This document shows positions 40,121 to 52,713 of a stretch of 64,000 nucleotides of DNA, piece after piece. Every line of letters starts with the position of its first letter. Within the stretch, counting starts at the first letter, position 1. The stretch comes from Octopus sinensis (taxonomy: Eukaryota): contig NC_043010.1 in the NCBI RefSeq assembly GCF_006345805.1, forward strand, positions 26,536,001 to 26,600,000, given 5' to 3'. The notes beneath the pieces were generated by a model. It was not told where the DNA came from. It made no database searches and saw only the letters and a program-made list of their open reading frames with translations. Made by a program: the position numbers and the translations under genes.

Positions 40121-42367
40121 ATAGTGACCCTCATCTGTCATTGGTTCATTGCTAACGGAGTTTATATCTTTTTTTTTTACTTGTTTCAATCATTAGTTTG
40201 TGGCCATGCTGGGGCACAGCCATGTAGAATTTTTAGTTGAATGAATCAATCCCAGTATGTTTTTCCTTTTTAAACCAAGGGCTTATTCTTTCACTTTCGT
40301 TTTTGCTGAACCGTTTAGTCATGGGGACATAAACACACCAACATCAGTTGTTAAGCAGTGATGGGGAACACACACACACAAACACGCGTACACGTATATA
40401 TACGGCAGGCTTCATTCAGTTTCTATCTACCGAGTCCTCTCACAAGGTTTTGGTCGGCCCAAAGCTACAGTAGAAGACACCTGCCCAAAGGTATCATAGA
40501 CTGCTCACAGTCGTATAGGGGCCGATGGCGTTCATGTTGATGTGGCCGTTTTTATTGTTGTTCTTCATCATCCTTCTCCTGTGTCTCCCCTGACTGCTTC
40601 ACCCCTCCTCTGCCACCACCTCCTTCTTTTCCTGTTCTTCCTCCACCTCCTCCTCCTTCACCATCTTCGCCTTCTTCACTGAAGCCAGCTACTTTGAGTA
40701 AACTGTTATCTCTCTGTCATAATCTACTGCAGTGGTTCCCAAACTTTTTCAGGCTGCTGCCCCCTTCAAGGGTCACATTCCTAGTACCCTCCCCCCATTC
40801 TCCATCACAGGCACAGACCATTTTCTGCAGCATATTCAAAACAACAGTATTTCACTGTTATTATTATTATTATTATTCAGGTCACTGCCTGGAATCGAAC
40901 TTGGAATCTTGGGGTTAGTAGCCTGTGCTCTTAACCACTACGCCATAAGCCCATGGGCATATGGCGTAGTATTTTACAAATAAAACTTAATCTAATTGAC
41001 CTGTTATTTTTTATTTTACATCCATTGCCCTGTTTTGGTCACCCCATTATCGCCCCATTTTTCATCAATCTGCACCCGGATCTTTCCACCACCCACTTTG
41101 AGAATCACTGATCTTTTGTGGATATTTTTTGATTTTTAAATATATTCTTATTTTTGGGTTTGATATATTGTGTTTCCTTCTCCATTTATGCAGACTGTCA
41201 AATTTAGCCTGGACATCCCATATGTATGGGTTTGGTGATGCAAACAGGGGCCGTGGTAGGATTTGAACTCAAACCATAAAGATCCAGAACAAACACTGCA
41301 AAGAATCCAAACCAAAGTTCTTGCAATTCAACCCTAAACTATTATAGAATTTTATCAATGCTTCCTCCACCACTTTGTCAGAAATATTATGAGAGGCTAA
41401 GTTGCCCCTGATGAGATTTGAACTCTGAGGGCAAAGGAAACTGTAACAAAATACTGGGAGTTATTTTGGCTTTGTCCTACACTCTGACAACTCTGCCACA
41501 TCAGTCCCTTCTTTGTCTGCATTGTCATCTTCTTCATCATCATCTTCACTGTCAACAGCCTTATCCTCATCATTGTCATCATCACCAGCACCAATGTCGT
41601 CACCATTTTAATCAATGTCATTGTTGTTTTCAGTGTCATCAACATACGTGTGGTATGGTTGGTGTGTGTGTGTAAACATATATCATAGAAAACATTAATG
41701 TTAAAACATTTTTAATTTAGAAAATCATTCTCATATCCAGTTGGACGTTCTTGCCTTCTTGTTATTTTATCACAACAATCATTCTTTAAATATTTTCACA
41801 TTTTTGGTTTTTGTTCGCACTATGACCGGTCTGTCACAGTAAAACATTTATGTCTCATTTACGTCATGTTCTTTTTTTTTTTGCAATGAATAAACAAAAA
41901 AAAAAAAGCTAAATTAATAACAGTTTATTTGACAATAATATCTTCTTATTCTCTTTTAAAAGCACATGACCAAACAATTATCTTCTCCTCTTGCAATCAT
42001 TATTATAATAAATAGAGAAAAAATAAATGTTATTATGTCTTTTGCTTATAGGAATTAAAAAGCATACAAAATGAATTACTTGACGACTACATAAATTTAA
42101 TTATTAAATAAATATTGGTTTCAAATTTCAGTACAGGGCTAGAAAATTCAAGGGAGGACATAAGTTAATTTCATTGACCTCAGTGTTCAACTAGTACTTA
42201 TTTTTTTTGTCCCTGAAAGGATGAAAAACAAATTTGGCCTTGACAGAATTTGAACTCAGAATGTAAAGATGGATAAAATGTGGTCAAGTGTTTTGCCCAG
42301 CATGCTAACGATTCTTCCAGTTTGCCTCCTTAATTACTGTATAAATATTGTTCAATGTGTTTAAGTC

Positions 42368-42550
42368 AGTGAGCTGGCAGAAATGTTGGCACACCGGGCG
42401 AAATGCTTAGCAGTATTTTGTCTGTTTTTACGTTCTGAGTTCAAATTCCGCCGAGGTCAACTTTGCCTTTTCAGGGTTGATAACTTAGGTACCAGTTGCA
42501 TATTGGGGTCGATCTAATTTTGGGCCTTGTGCCTAGAGTAGAAAAGATTA
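42368..42550 (+). mobile_element. tRNA-derived SINE, family B
   Basis: GAGCTGGCAGAA..GTTCAAATTCCGCCGAGGTC.ACTTTGCCTTT. Other copies lie near 26120(-), 38910(+), 42115(-), 44160(+) and 55725(-). Confidence 0.75.
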
Positions 42551-43590
42551 TTCAATGTGTTTATGAATTTAATCGTATTGGTATGACTGTGTAGTCGAGA
42601 AATTTTTCTTCCACTCATGTGCTTTCTGTTTTTCAACCTCACGGAATGGTACCTTGGGAAAGTATAGCCATGGCAAGTTGGAAACTGAAAGAAGCCTGTC
42701 TTATATACATATATGATGGCAGTCTCTTTGTGTCTGAAGATCATGAGGAAGAGCAGCATGTCCTTAGTTGGCTATGCAAACTGATCCCTGACACTGCAGG
42801 GCTTTTTCTTCCTGCCTGTGGTTAATGGTTTTCAAGTGAGAGTCAGTCCACACAAGCTGATCCCACTCTTTAGACTTGGAGGTCTGACCACAGTGGTCCA
42901 GTTGGCTAAAATAGCTGCAGTGACCAGCAAGCTGTAGGCCATTACATTGTAATGGCCTTGTCCAAAGTGGATTACTTTACAGGGCTGGAGAGCTCCAACT
43001 ACCCTGGAGTTGCCAAGAAAGGTATCAAAAAGGGGCACCAGACCACCTGAGGGACTCAACTCCTTGATCTGCTGTTGAGGTTGACTCCCGAAACCTTTTT
43101 CTTTCACAAGGCAGTGAGAGATTGTGTTGGGAGCTTCTTCCCTACCATGCTAATTAATCCATAGTTGGGACCTTGACAGAATAGACATGGCAACAGTAGT
43201 GGCTAAGAGGGGGTTCCACATTGTTCAAAACCTTGGAACTCCCAAACTAGGGACTCACTATCAGGAGCAGTTTAAAGACAAGCCTAGTGTGTGTGTGTGA
43301 GTTTGTATTTCCATTGCATCTGCTGGTTTCATTTGCTTGTTGTCTGCCACAAAAGCATGTCCAGACTTCTTGACCTGTTGCACAGTCTTTATAAGCAAAA
43401 GACTCATTTCGTGTTGCTTGTTTCCAGTTCTTCACTTAAAATATGTCTTGGCTGTTACTATTTTTGACAGACCGGAAGATGATTATCTTGTTTGGAAACA
43501 AGTGACAGTTGGCGACTGGAAGGGTATCGGGACATAGAAACAAGGTACCCCAGTGTCAGACCCAGGTCAGAATAAAGAGATTAGCAAAAC

Positions 43591-44135
43591 ATGATGATGG
43601 TGCTGGTGGTGGTGGTGGTGGTGGTGGTGGTGATGATGATGATGATGTGGGTGGTGGTAGTGATGATGATAAGGTTGGTGGTGACGATGATGATCATGAT
43701 GATGAGGGTAGTGGTGGTGATGATGATGATGGTGCTGGTGGTGATAATGATGTGGGTGGTGGTTGTGATGATGATAAGGGTGGCGGTGACGATGATGATC
43801 ATTATGATGAGGGTAGTGGTGGTGATGATGATGGTGGTGGTAGTGATGATGATGTGGGTGGTGGTGGTGATGATGATGATGATGATGTAGGTGGTGGTGA
43901 TGATGATGATAAGGGTGGTGGTGACGATGATGATCATGATGATGAGGGTAGTGGTGGTGATGATGATGATGATGATGTGGGTGGTGGTGATGATGATCAT
44001 GGTGATGAGGGTGGTGATGGTGATGATATGGGTGGTGGTGGTGATGATGATAAGGGTGGTGGTGACGATGATGATCATGATGATGAGGGTAGTGGTGGTG
44101 ATGATGATGATGGTGCTGGTGGTGATGATGATAAA
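43591..44135. repeat. (GGT)/(GAT) compound minisatellite
   Basis: The block GATAAGGGTGGTGGTGACGATGATGATCATGATGATGAGGGTAGTGGT recurs 4 times. Confidence 0.9.
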
Positions 44136-44654
44136 AGATAGATAAATGTTTAACGTCTGTGTTGGCAGAATTGTTAGCACGCCAGACAAAATGCTTAGTT
44201 CTGAGTTCAAATTCCACTGAAGTCAACTTTGCCTTTCATTCTTTTGGGATCGATGAAATAAGTACCAGTCATGCACTGGGGAGGTGGGGTGGGGGGCTCG
44301 ATCTAATCAACAAGTACCTTCCCCTTCGCCCAAAATTGCAGGCCTTGTGCCAGTAGTAAAAAGGATTATTTTAATGTTTCTATTTGATTACTGTATAATT
44401 AATATTTAATCTTTAACTAAATTTAATTAGTGTATAAAGATTTAAAAGGAGTAACTTCTTCATTTTTTTATGACTGTGGCCATGCTGGAGCACCGCCTTT
44501 AGTCGAGCAAATCGACCCCCAGGACTTATTCTTTGTGAGCCTAGTATTTATTCTGACTCTTTTGCTAAATCACTAAGTAATGGGGACATAAACACACCAG
44601 CATTGATTGTCAAGCGATGTTGGAAGAAGAACAAACACAGACACACAAGCATAT

Positions 44655-44727
<73 letters not shown>

Positions 44728-44789
44728 AAAAAAGGAGATGTCGAACACGAGTGGTGATATATAAAAAAGGAAATGAAGAAAATGCTGAC

Positions 44790-46825
44790 AAATAATTGAA
44801 GTAATTTAAGTAATTTAATTAGGTGAAAGTTCTTTTTACCGGTTGCGCATTTGTTATGCTTATCAAAATATAAAAGAGAGATTAGAGTCTGTCTCTTATA
44901 TGTGAAAAAAAGAGGCTCCAGAGTTGTTTTGGATTTGCTTGGTTTCGCGCCTAAAATTTTGATTGGTCATTATGAAGGGGTCACGTGAATGTTTGAATGG
45001 AGTGGTGTTGGGGTAAGAAAAAAGGCTCCAGAGAAGTTAAAATTTGGCTAGTGTCCCGCCTAAATTTCTTATTGGCCATAATAAAGAGGTCACGTGAATG
45101 TTTAGAATTTTCGAAAATAGTGTTGTTGAAAATTCTATGGTTCAGGCTGGTCAGTAGACGTCATGTGGATATTTTAAATAGCTTTTTAGCGCGTAGTTAG
45201 GGAGTGTATTTTCCGCTTGACTGGATAAGTAAGTAAGTTCGTTAGAACAGGGAGAGCTGTATGTATGTATGTGTGTGCGCGCGTGTGGTGTTTATATGTA
45301 TGTTGGGGCGCGCGCGCGTGTATATATGTGTATGTGTGTGGGTACAATTTTCAATATTTATAGTTCTGCTGGCCTTGTGCCTGTATCGGGAAGCAACGTA
45401 TTTGTGTGAAGTCAATATTTACAGCCATTCCAAAAAATAGTGTTGGATGTTTTGCACCCGTATTCAATTATGTGTATGTGTGGAACCATATATTTGTGTG
45501 GGTCATGGTGTTAATATCTGGGTAAAGGTGTGGGTGTAGGGTGTGTGCAGGTGTAAGTGTGTTTGTTGTGGGTTCGTGTTAGAGGCATCTGTTTAGAAGT
45601 GGTCTGTATTTATTAATAAGGTGGGATTCCATGGTTATTCGCTGGGTATGAGTGGAATTGTCTTTAAATTTGTAGAGGGGAAAGATTCTAAAATTGGGAT
45701 GGAGTTGTGCGGCACAGGTATCAATATGTGCACTAAATGCTATTTTTCTATATTCCTGTATTTTTATTTGGGATCTGTGGACAGTCATGCGTTGGCGGAG
45801 GCTATTTTTTGTTTGGCCTATGTAGTGTTCATTACAGCCCGAGCAAGTTAAGACATTATACTAGGTTTTTGATGCGCATGTGAAGTTGTGTTTTACTGTG
45901 AAACGTTGTCCTTGTTTAAAAAGGAATTCCGGACCTTCTATTAGGTTGATGCATATACCACAGTTGGGTCTATTGCATTTGTTTACTGTGGGTTTAGTTG
46001 TTGTGGTTGGCAGTACTTTGGCATTTGTTAGGGTGGTTTTCAATGATTGGGTTGCCTTTTGCTCTTTATGATTTCGTGTGTTAGGAGGATTTGGTTCATT
46101 CTATGGTCCTTTTGTAATACAGGAATGTTCTGGAGGATGGTGTCAAAAGCTTCATTTGGAGGGGGTTGTGTGTAGAGATGTATGGTAGAGTATGGGGTTC
46201 GATGTTTGTAACAGGTTTAGGGCGTCTAAGTTCCTGCGTGCTGAGTTTTAGGGCGCGTTGGATCCCATTGTCAATTAGTGAGTGGGGTAATCCCTGCTTG
46301 TTATGTGCCCTTGAGTTCTTGTAGACGTAAGAGACGGGTGTTTTTTTGGAGACTATAGTGCAAATTCTCTTGGCTAAGTTGTAGGGAATGTTAATTTTAA
46401 CGTGTCTAGGGTGGCATGAATTGAAAGGGAGGTATTGCTTGGAGTCTGTGGGCTTGTAGTATATGTCTGTTTCTATTTTTTTGTTGTGAATTTTAATGAG
46501 GATGTCGAGGAAGGGAATTTGTTGAGGGCTGTATTCCATTGTGAAAATAATGTTTGTGTTGAGCCCATTTATAAGAGTGTGAAATTCGTTAAGCTTCTCG
46601 ACGGTTTCGGGCCAAAGGATGAAGCAGTCATCAAGATATCTCTTCCAGTTCTTCTCTATGTGTGTGTGGAGAGTGGTGCCAAATTGGTTAAGAACGTTAT
46701 TATAGAGGGTGATTTCCAGGTATCCCATGACTAAGTTGGCGTTAGTGGGAGCTGTTTTCGTTCCCATTGCCGTCCCTGATTTCTGTCTGTAGAATTTGTT
46801 GTTGAAGGTGAAGAAATTATTCTCT
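44790..46825 (-). mobile_element. Penelope-like element (RT + GIY-YIG), 5'-truncated, decayed
   Basis: Motifs GTAMGTKTAPTNANLVMG, WKRYLDDCF, IPFLDI, YYKPTD, Cys motif CNRPNCGIC, FTCAS and YIGQT. A degenerate HHR lies at 44833-44868. Confidence 0.9.
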
Positions 46826-47135
46826 AAGATTGAGCTTATGATCGTGAGGTTGTGGGTTCAATTCCTGGACAGGGCTGCGTGTTGTGTTCTTGAGCAAGAC
46901 ACTTTATTTCACATTGCTCCAGTTCACTCAGCTGTAGAAATGAATTGCAATGTCACTGGTACCAAGCTGTATCGACCTTTGCCTTTCCCTTGGATAACGT
47001 CGGTGGTGTGGAGAGGGGAGGCTGATATGCATGGGTGACTGCTGGCCTTCCATAAACAACCTTGCCCAGACTTGTGCCTCGGATGGTAACTTTCTAGGTG
47101 CAATCCCATGGTCATACATGACCAAAGGGGGTCTC
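46826..47135 (+). mobile_element. SINE family C (related copy at ~22085-22350)
   Basis: B-box-like GGTTCAATTCC followed by TGTGTTCTTGAGCAAGACACTT..CACATTGCTCC, shared by both copies. Confidence 0.65.
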
Positions 47136-47204
47136 CACACACATATATGTGTATGTGTGTGTGTATGTATATATATCTATATCTATATATATATATATAT
47201 ATAT

Positions 47205-47402
47205 AACGGGAAGGTTTACGAAAATAAACAAAAGACGAAGCCTGGTGGAGCACAAACAAACAAAGTATTAGTATGGCGCTCAGGAATAGAAATAAAACAA
47301 GTCTTTTACATTTTGAGCCTACGCTCTTCGACAGAAAGATACACAGAAAAGAAACAAGGAGAGAAAAAAATTGCGTGTAGGGGCTAACGATCCAACATGG
47401 CG
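47205..47402 (-). mobile_element. Solo pseudo-LTR of the Penelope-like element, with HHR remnant (47302-47339)
   Basis: Close reverse complement of 56105-56312. A second, + strand copy lies at ~47500-47685 (HHR core 47570-47600). Confidence 0.8.
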
Positions 47403-48399
47403 TTCATATATATATATATATATATATATAATGGTTCAACAAGATTATGTATGTGTATATATATATACACACATACATAATCCTGTTGAACCAATAATCC
47501 ATGCACATTTTTTTCCTCTCTCTGTGCTTTTTATACATTCTCTCTTCATTTTTACCCTTTCGATCAGCTCTGTCGAAGAGCATATGCTCGAAATGTCAAA
47601 GACTTTTCCATTCTTCCTGAGCATGAAACTAATACACCTGCTTGTTCTTCCATCACCTGTCTTCCTCTTTTGTTTTCTGTAAAAATATATAGGAGAGGCT
47701 GTGCGGTACGTAGCTTGCTTACCAACCACATAGTTTCAGGTTCAGTCCTACTACATGGCACCTTGGGCAAATGTCTTCTACTATAGCCTCGGGCTGACCT
47801 AAGCCTTGTGAGTAGATCAGGTTGATGGAAACTGGAAGAAACCCGTCGTATATGTGTGTGCGTGTGTGTATGTGTTTGTGTGTCTGTGTTCATCCCCCCT
47901 CCATTGCTTGACAATCAATGCTGGTGTGTTTACATCCTCGTTACTTAGCGGTTCAGCAAAAGAGACCAGTAGAATATGTACTAGGCTTACAAAGAATAAG
48001 TCCTGGGTTCGATTTCTTTGACTACAGGCAGTGCTCCAGCATGGCGCAGTCAAATGACTGAAACAAGTAAAAGAATAAAAGAATATATATATATACAAGT
48101 ACCTCATGGTCATCTACCTATTACCTCAATCCACTTGAGTAATATAGGTAGAATGAGGTACTTTTGTCTATTGGCTGAAACTCCTGTAAGTTATTTTACC
48201 AATTTATATTCATGTTTATTATAATAATTACTGGCATCCTTATATATTACTATATTTTATATCTTATATCTTATATGTAAAGAATAATATGCTATATGTA
48301 TGTTATTATAATTAACAGTTTAATAACTAAATAAGTTAACAAAATTTAATGTCCAAAAGTTGATGAACCACCTATTGTTCTCCTCCATTTTCTTATTTG

Positions 48400-48441
<42 letters not shown>

Positions 48442-48915
48442 TTCATCTTTTACTTGTTTCAGTCATTAAGCTGTGGTCATGCTGGGGCATCCCTTTGAAG
48501 AATTTTTAGTTGAACAAATCAGCCCCAGGGCTTACTTCTTTTTAAGCCTGGTACTTATTCTATCAATCATTGTTGCTGAACCACTAAGTTATGCCACATA
48601 AACACAGCAACACCAGTTGTCAAGCAGTGTTCAGGAGCAAATACAGACATAAAGATACACATAGATAGACATATTCATATCATCATCATCATCATTGTTT
48701 AACATTTGTCTTGCATGTTGGCATGGGTGGGATGGTACCACAAGAACCAGCCAGGCAGACGCCCACACCAGACTTCTGTTTTGGCAGGATTTTTACAGCT
48801 GGATGCCCTTCCAAAGGCCAATCACTTTACAGTGTGGACTGGATGCTTTTTACGTGGCACCTGCACTGACAAGGTCACCAAGTACTTGCAAGACATTTAA
48901 AAAAAATATATATCT

Positions 48916-49452
48916 ATAAGGTAGTATCAAAGTGTTTTTGGACTAGTTCTGTAGCACACCAACAGATGGTAGCACATGGTTGTGAGAGCTAGCAGTAACC
49001 TTCATGAGGCAGTGTGCCAAGTGACAATACTGTGTTTACTTCAGAAGTTATGAAATTTGTGTGATCACATATACGTTGTAGTCTGCAGTTTTTGTCATGG
49101 ACAGGAATTTGGAACAAAGAGATAACTTGAAATTTTGCGTAAAACTTAGGAAGTCCACTACAGTGAGATTGAGCATTCTCCAGAAAGCTTACAGCAATTT
49201 AGCACCTGTGAACTTCCATCTCTTACCCAAGCTCAAAATGTAGCTCAAAGGTCGCCATTTTAACACTTTTGTTGAGATCCAGAGCAGATTGCAGAAGGTC
49301 TTTGACGCTCTTATGGAAAACGACTTCCAGACCGGATTCCAAAAGTGGCAGAAATGCCAGGATTGGTGTATTGCTTGGCAAGGTGATTATTTCGGAGGAT
49401 TTGATGTTAAAATTTAGTTAAGTTATTTTTCATTAAGCATATCTAGTCCAGG
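48916..49452 (+). mobile_element. Internally deleted mariner
   Basis: MDRNLEQRDNLKFCVKLRKS..LQKAY is joined directly to LAPVNFHLLPKLK..LKGRHF. Confidence 0.75.
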
Positions 49453-50065
49453 AGAGACAGGCTTCTTTCAGTCTCCATCTACCATATCTACTCAGAAAGC
49501 TTTGGTCAGCCCATGGCATAAGTTGAAAACACTTGCACAATATGCTGCATGGTGGGACTGAACCCACAACCATGCGGTTGGGAGCAACCTTCTTATCGCA
49601 CACCCACATGTTCACCTATTACATACATATATACAATGTCTACATGAACTGAAATAGTTTTACATGTTGAGAAATTTCTTTAGGAAATTTTGAATTGTTT
49701 CTGCCAAAGCAGTTGACATTTGTGATATTTTTCATAACAACAGCAATAACAACAACAACAATGATGATGATGACGACGACGACAGTAATATTAATAACAA
49801 TAACAACAACAACAACAGTGTACTACAAGTCCAAGATGTATTATTACCTCCTTTCCAACCCTCAGCTCTTCAACCTTTAATCATCCTGCGTTAACTCATT
49901 ATAACTATAATTAGTATGGTTTACGACTGCTGGTAAAACTTGACTTGACTCGACTCGACTTCGACAAGTCCCCACACATAAGTTTGCATACTTATGAGGG
50001 AAGGACACAACAACAAAAACAAAAACACACACACACATTAAAAATTTTCTCTCTCTCTCTCTCTA

Positions 50066-50105
<40 letters not shown>

Positions 50106-50229
50106 TATATATATATATATAATAAATTCAGGGTGAGTACTTGATAATTGTAAGCACCTGTATATACCGTTTGGTGGTGTAGGTGGTGGAGTAAATTAAT
50201 CAAAATAAAAACATGATGCCAAGGATTCA

Positions 50230-50307
50230 GCGGTACATATGTTTCAGGCCATTATTAGACGGATTTATAACAATGCATAATGTGTGTCTATGGCCTTCTT
50301 CAGCCGC
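50230..50307 (-). ncRNA. Type-I hammerhead ribozyme (minus-strand copy)
   Basis: Reverse complement of 50610-50687. Confidence 0.82.
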
Positions 50308-50609
50308 GCACAATCACTACTTCAAGGACATGTATTACATCAAAAATTCTACGTTGGGGATGCAAATCCTCTCAGTCGTGTACGACACAATGCGGCACCA
50401 GCACAAAAATGAAGCGTCCATCCCGTCTTTCTCTCAATGTATCACCTCACTGGCCCTCGTGCTGGTGGCACATTCTACATTGAGAGAAAGACGGGATGGA
50501 CGCTTCATTTTTGTGCTGGTGTTGCATTGTGTCGTATGCGACTGAGAGGATTTGCATCCCCAACGTAGAATTTTTGATGTAATACATGTCCTTGAAGTAG
50601 TAATTGTGC

Positions 50610-50687
50610 GCGGCTGAAGAAGGCCATAGACACACATTATGCATTGTTATAAATCCGTCTAATAATGGCCTGAAACATATGTACCGC
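50610..50687 (+). ncRNA. Type-I hammerhead ribozyme, intact
   Basis: GCGG-CTGAAGA-AGGCCAT-(AGAC..GTCT)-ATGGCCT-GAAA-CATATG-TA-CCGC; cleavage triplet GUA. Confidence 0.85.
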
Positions 50688-50744
50688 TGAATCCTTGGCA
50701 TCATGTTTTTATTTTGATATATATATATATAAAGTATGTATATA

Positions 50745-50834
<90 letters not shown>

Positions 50835-50835
<1 letters not shown>

Positions 50836-51295
50836 CATCATCATCATCATCATTTAACGTCCGCATTCCATACTAGCATGGGTTGGACAGTTTGACTGAG
50901 GACTGGCGAACCAGATGGCTGCACCAGGCTTCAATCTTGATCTAGCATTCTACAGCTGGATGCCCTTCCTGATGCCAACCACTCCGGAAGTGTAGTGGGT
51001 GCTTTCATGTGCCACCGGCACGAGGGCCAGTCAGGTGATACTGGTAACGGCCACGCTCAAATGGTGTTTTTTACATGCCACCTGCACAGGAGCCAGTCCA
51101 GTAGCACTGGCAACGACCTCGCTCAAATGTTTTTTTTTTCACGTGCCACTGGCACAAGTGCCAGTAAGGTGATGCTGGTGACGATCATGCTTGAATGGTG
51201 CTTATTATGTGCCACTGGCACGAAGCCAGTTTGCTGCACTGGCAACGATCACACTCGGATGGTGCTCTTAGCGCTCCACTAGCATGGATGCCAAC
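50835..51295 (-). mobile_element. RTE-related 3' end (different subfamily) with hairpin repeats
   Basis: (CAT)n tail, CAGCTGGATGCCCTTCCT motif and repeated GTGCCAC..GCAC units. Confidence 0.75.
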
Positions 51296-52039
51296 ATATG
51301 TATATATATATATATATACTCAATCCATACATGAACAAGCAAGAAAAACCAACAACGCAAGGACGTGGAATAAGTACAGTGTTATTGGATGCTCAGGAAA
51401 GGAAAGAAAAGAAAGAGGATTTCACGTTTTGAGCGGAGCTCTTCGTCAGAAATATAGAAAAAGTTCAAAGAAGGGAAGACGGAGAAAGAAAATCGCCAAC
51501 GATACACACACGGTCACATGGCACAGGTGTGGCTGTGTGGTAAGAAATTTGCTTCTAGGTTCAGTCCCACTGTGTGGAACCTTGGGCTGGTGTCTTCTAC
51601 TATAGCCTTGGGTTGATCAAAACCTTGTGAGTGGACTTGGCAGACAGAAACAAAGAAACCCATCATGTGTGTGTAAGCATATATCATAGAAAACAAATGG
51701 AGTACTTTTTTTGTTGAAATTTCTGTCACAGAACAGGACATTATTATCATATATATATGTTTGTGTATGTTGTGTGCCTTTGTGCCAGTGTTTGTCCCCA
51801 ACCACTGCTTAACAATTGGTATTGGTGTGTTTATGTCCCTGTCATTTAGTGGTTCAGCAAAAGAGACCAGGCTTAATGAAAAAATATAAATACCAGGGTT
51901 GATTCATTCAACAAAAAGATTATTGAAGGTGGTGCCCCAGCATGACCACAGTCTAATGGCTGAAGCAAGCAAAAGATAAATGATGTTTGTGTGTGTGTGA
52001 GTGTATATATTTATATATATATATATATACACGCATATA

Positions 52040-52647
52040 TTCAAAATTCAAATAAGTTATCATTATCTTTAAAAAAAATAATGACAAAGTGGCCAGCAAA
52101 CATAAACGAAATAAGCAAAAAATATATATTAAAAGTCAGGGTACAATATGTACCTGTTTGCTAGAAAGAAGAGTTAAAACTCTCCAAAACCATGCATCTC
52201 TTTCTATATGTAAACAGACATGGAGAATGTAACAAATACATTAAAAAACACGGTTGTCCCCATTTATAAGGGGAGAGAGGATATCCCAGTATCAATTGAT
52301 TTCACTTTCTGTGCCAAACTGACACTTAAAGCTCACCAGCTTGGCTTACTATGTAAACTGTTTTTAACATACATTTACCATTCCGTGCATGTCTGTTCAA
52401 CTGAAGGCCCCACGACTTCCAAACAAACATTAGCAAGCATGTAAAAGTTCAAAATTCAAATAAGTTATCATTATCTTTAAATAAAATAATGATAAAGTGG
52501 CCAGCAAACATAACGAAATAGGCAAAAAATATATATTAGAAATCAGGGTACACTATGAACGTGTCTGAGAGATGCGTGACTTTGGAGAGTTTTAACTCTT
52601 CTTTCTAACAAAAAGGTGCATAGTATACCCTGACTTTTAATATATAT
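52040..52647 (-). mobile_element. Retrozyme-like element: 408-bp monomer, ~1.3 tandem copies plus a 5' inverted segment
   Basis: Direct repeats start at 52040 and 52448. 52569-52647 inverts 52122-52200. The HHR at 52285-52344 (-) has the core CTGGTGA. Confidence 0.75.
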
Positions 52648-52713
52648 ACATACTCATGCTAGCACGTAAGGCGGACATTAATTTATGATGATGATATATA
52701 TATATATATATAT

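Larger units (their letters stand above)
50199..50718. mobile_element. 520-bp near-perfect palindrome carrying an HHR on each strand
   Basis: Arms 50199-50441 and 50476-50718 (243 bp each), 34-nt loop; (TA)n lies immediately to the right and ~80 bp to the left. Confidence 0.9.

Noticed and set aside
43509-44226. Gly/Asp-rich or poly-His ORFs
   Set aside because: Trinucleotide minisatellite open in several frames on both strands, with no convincing splice or start context.
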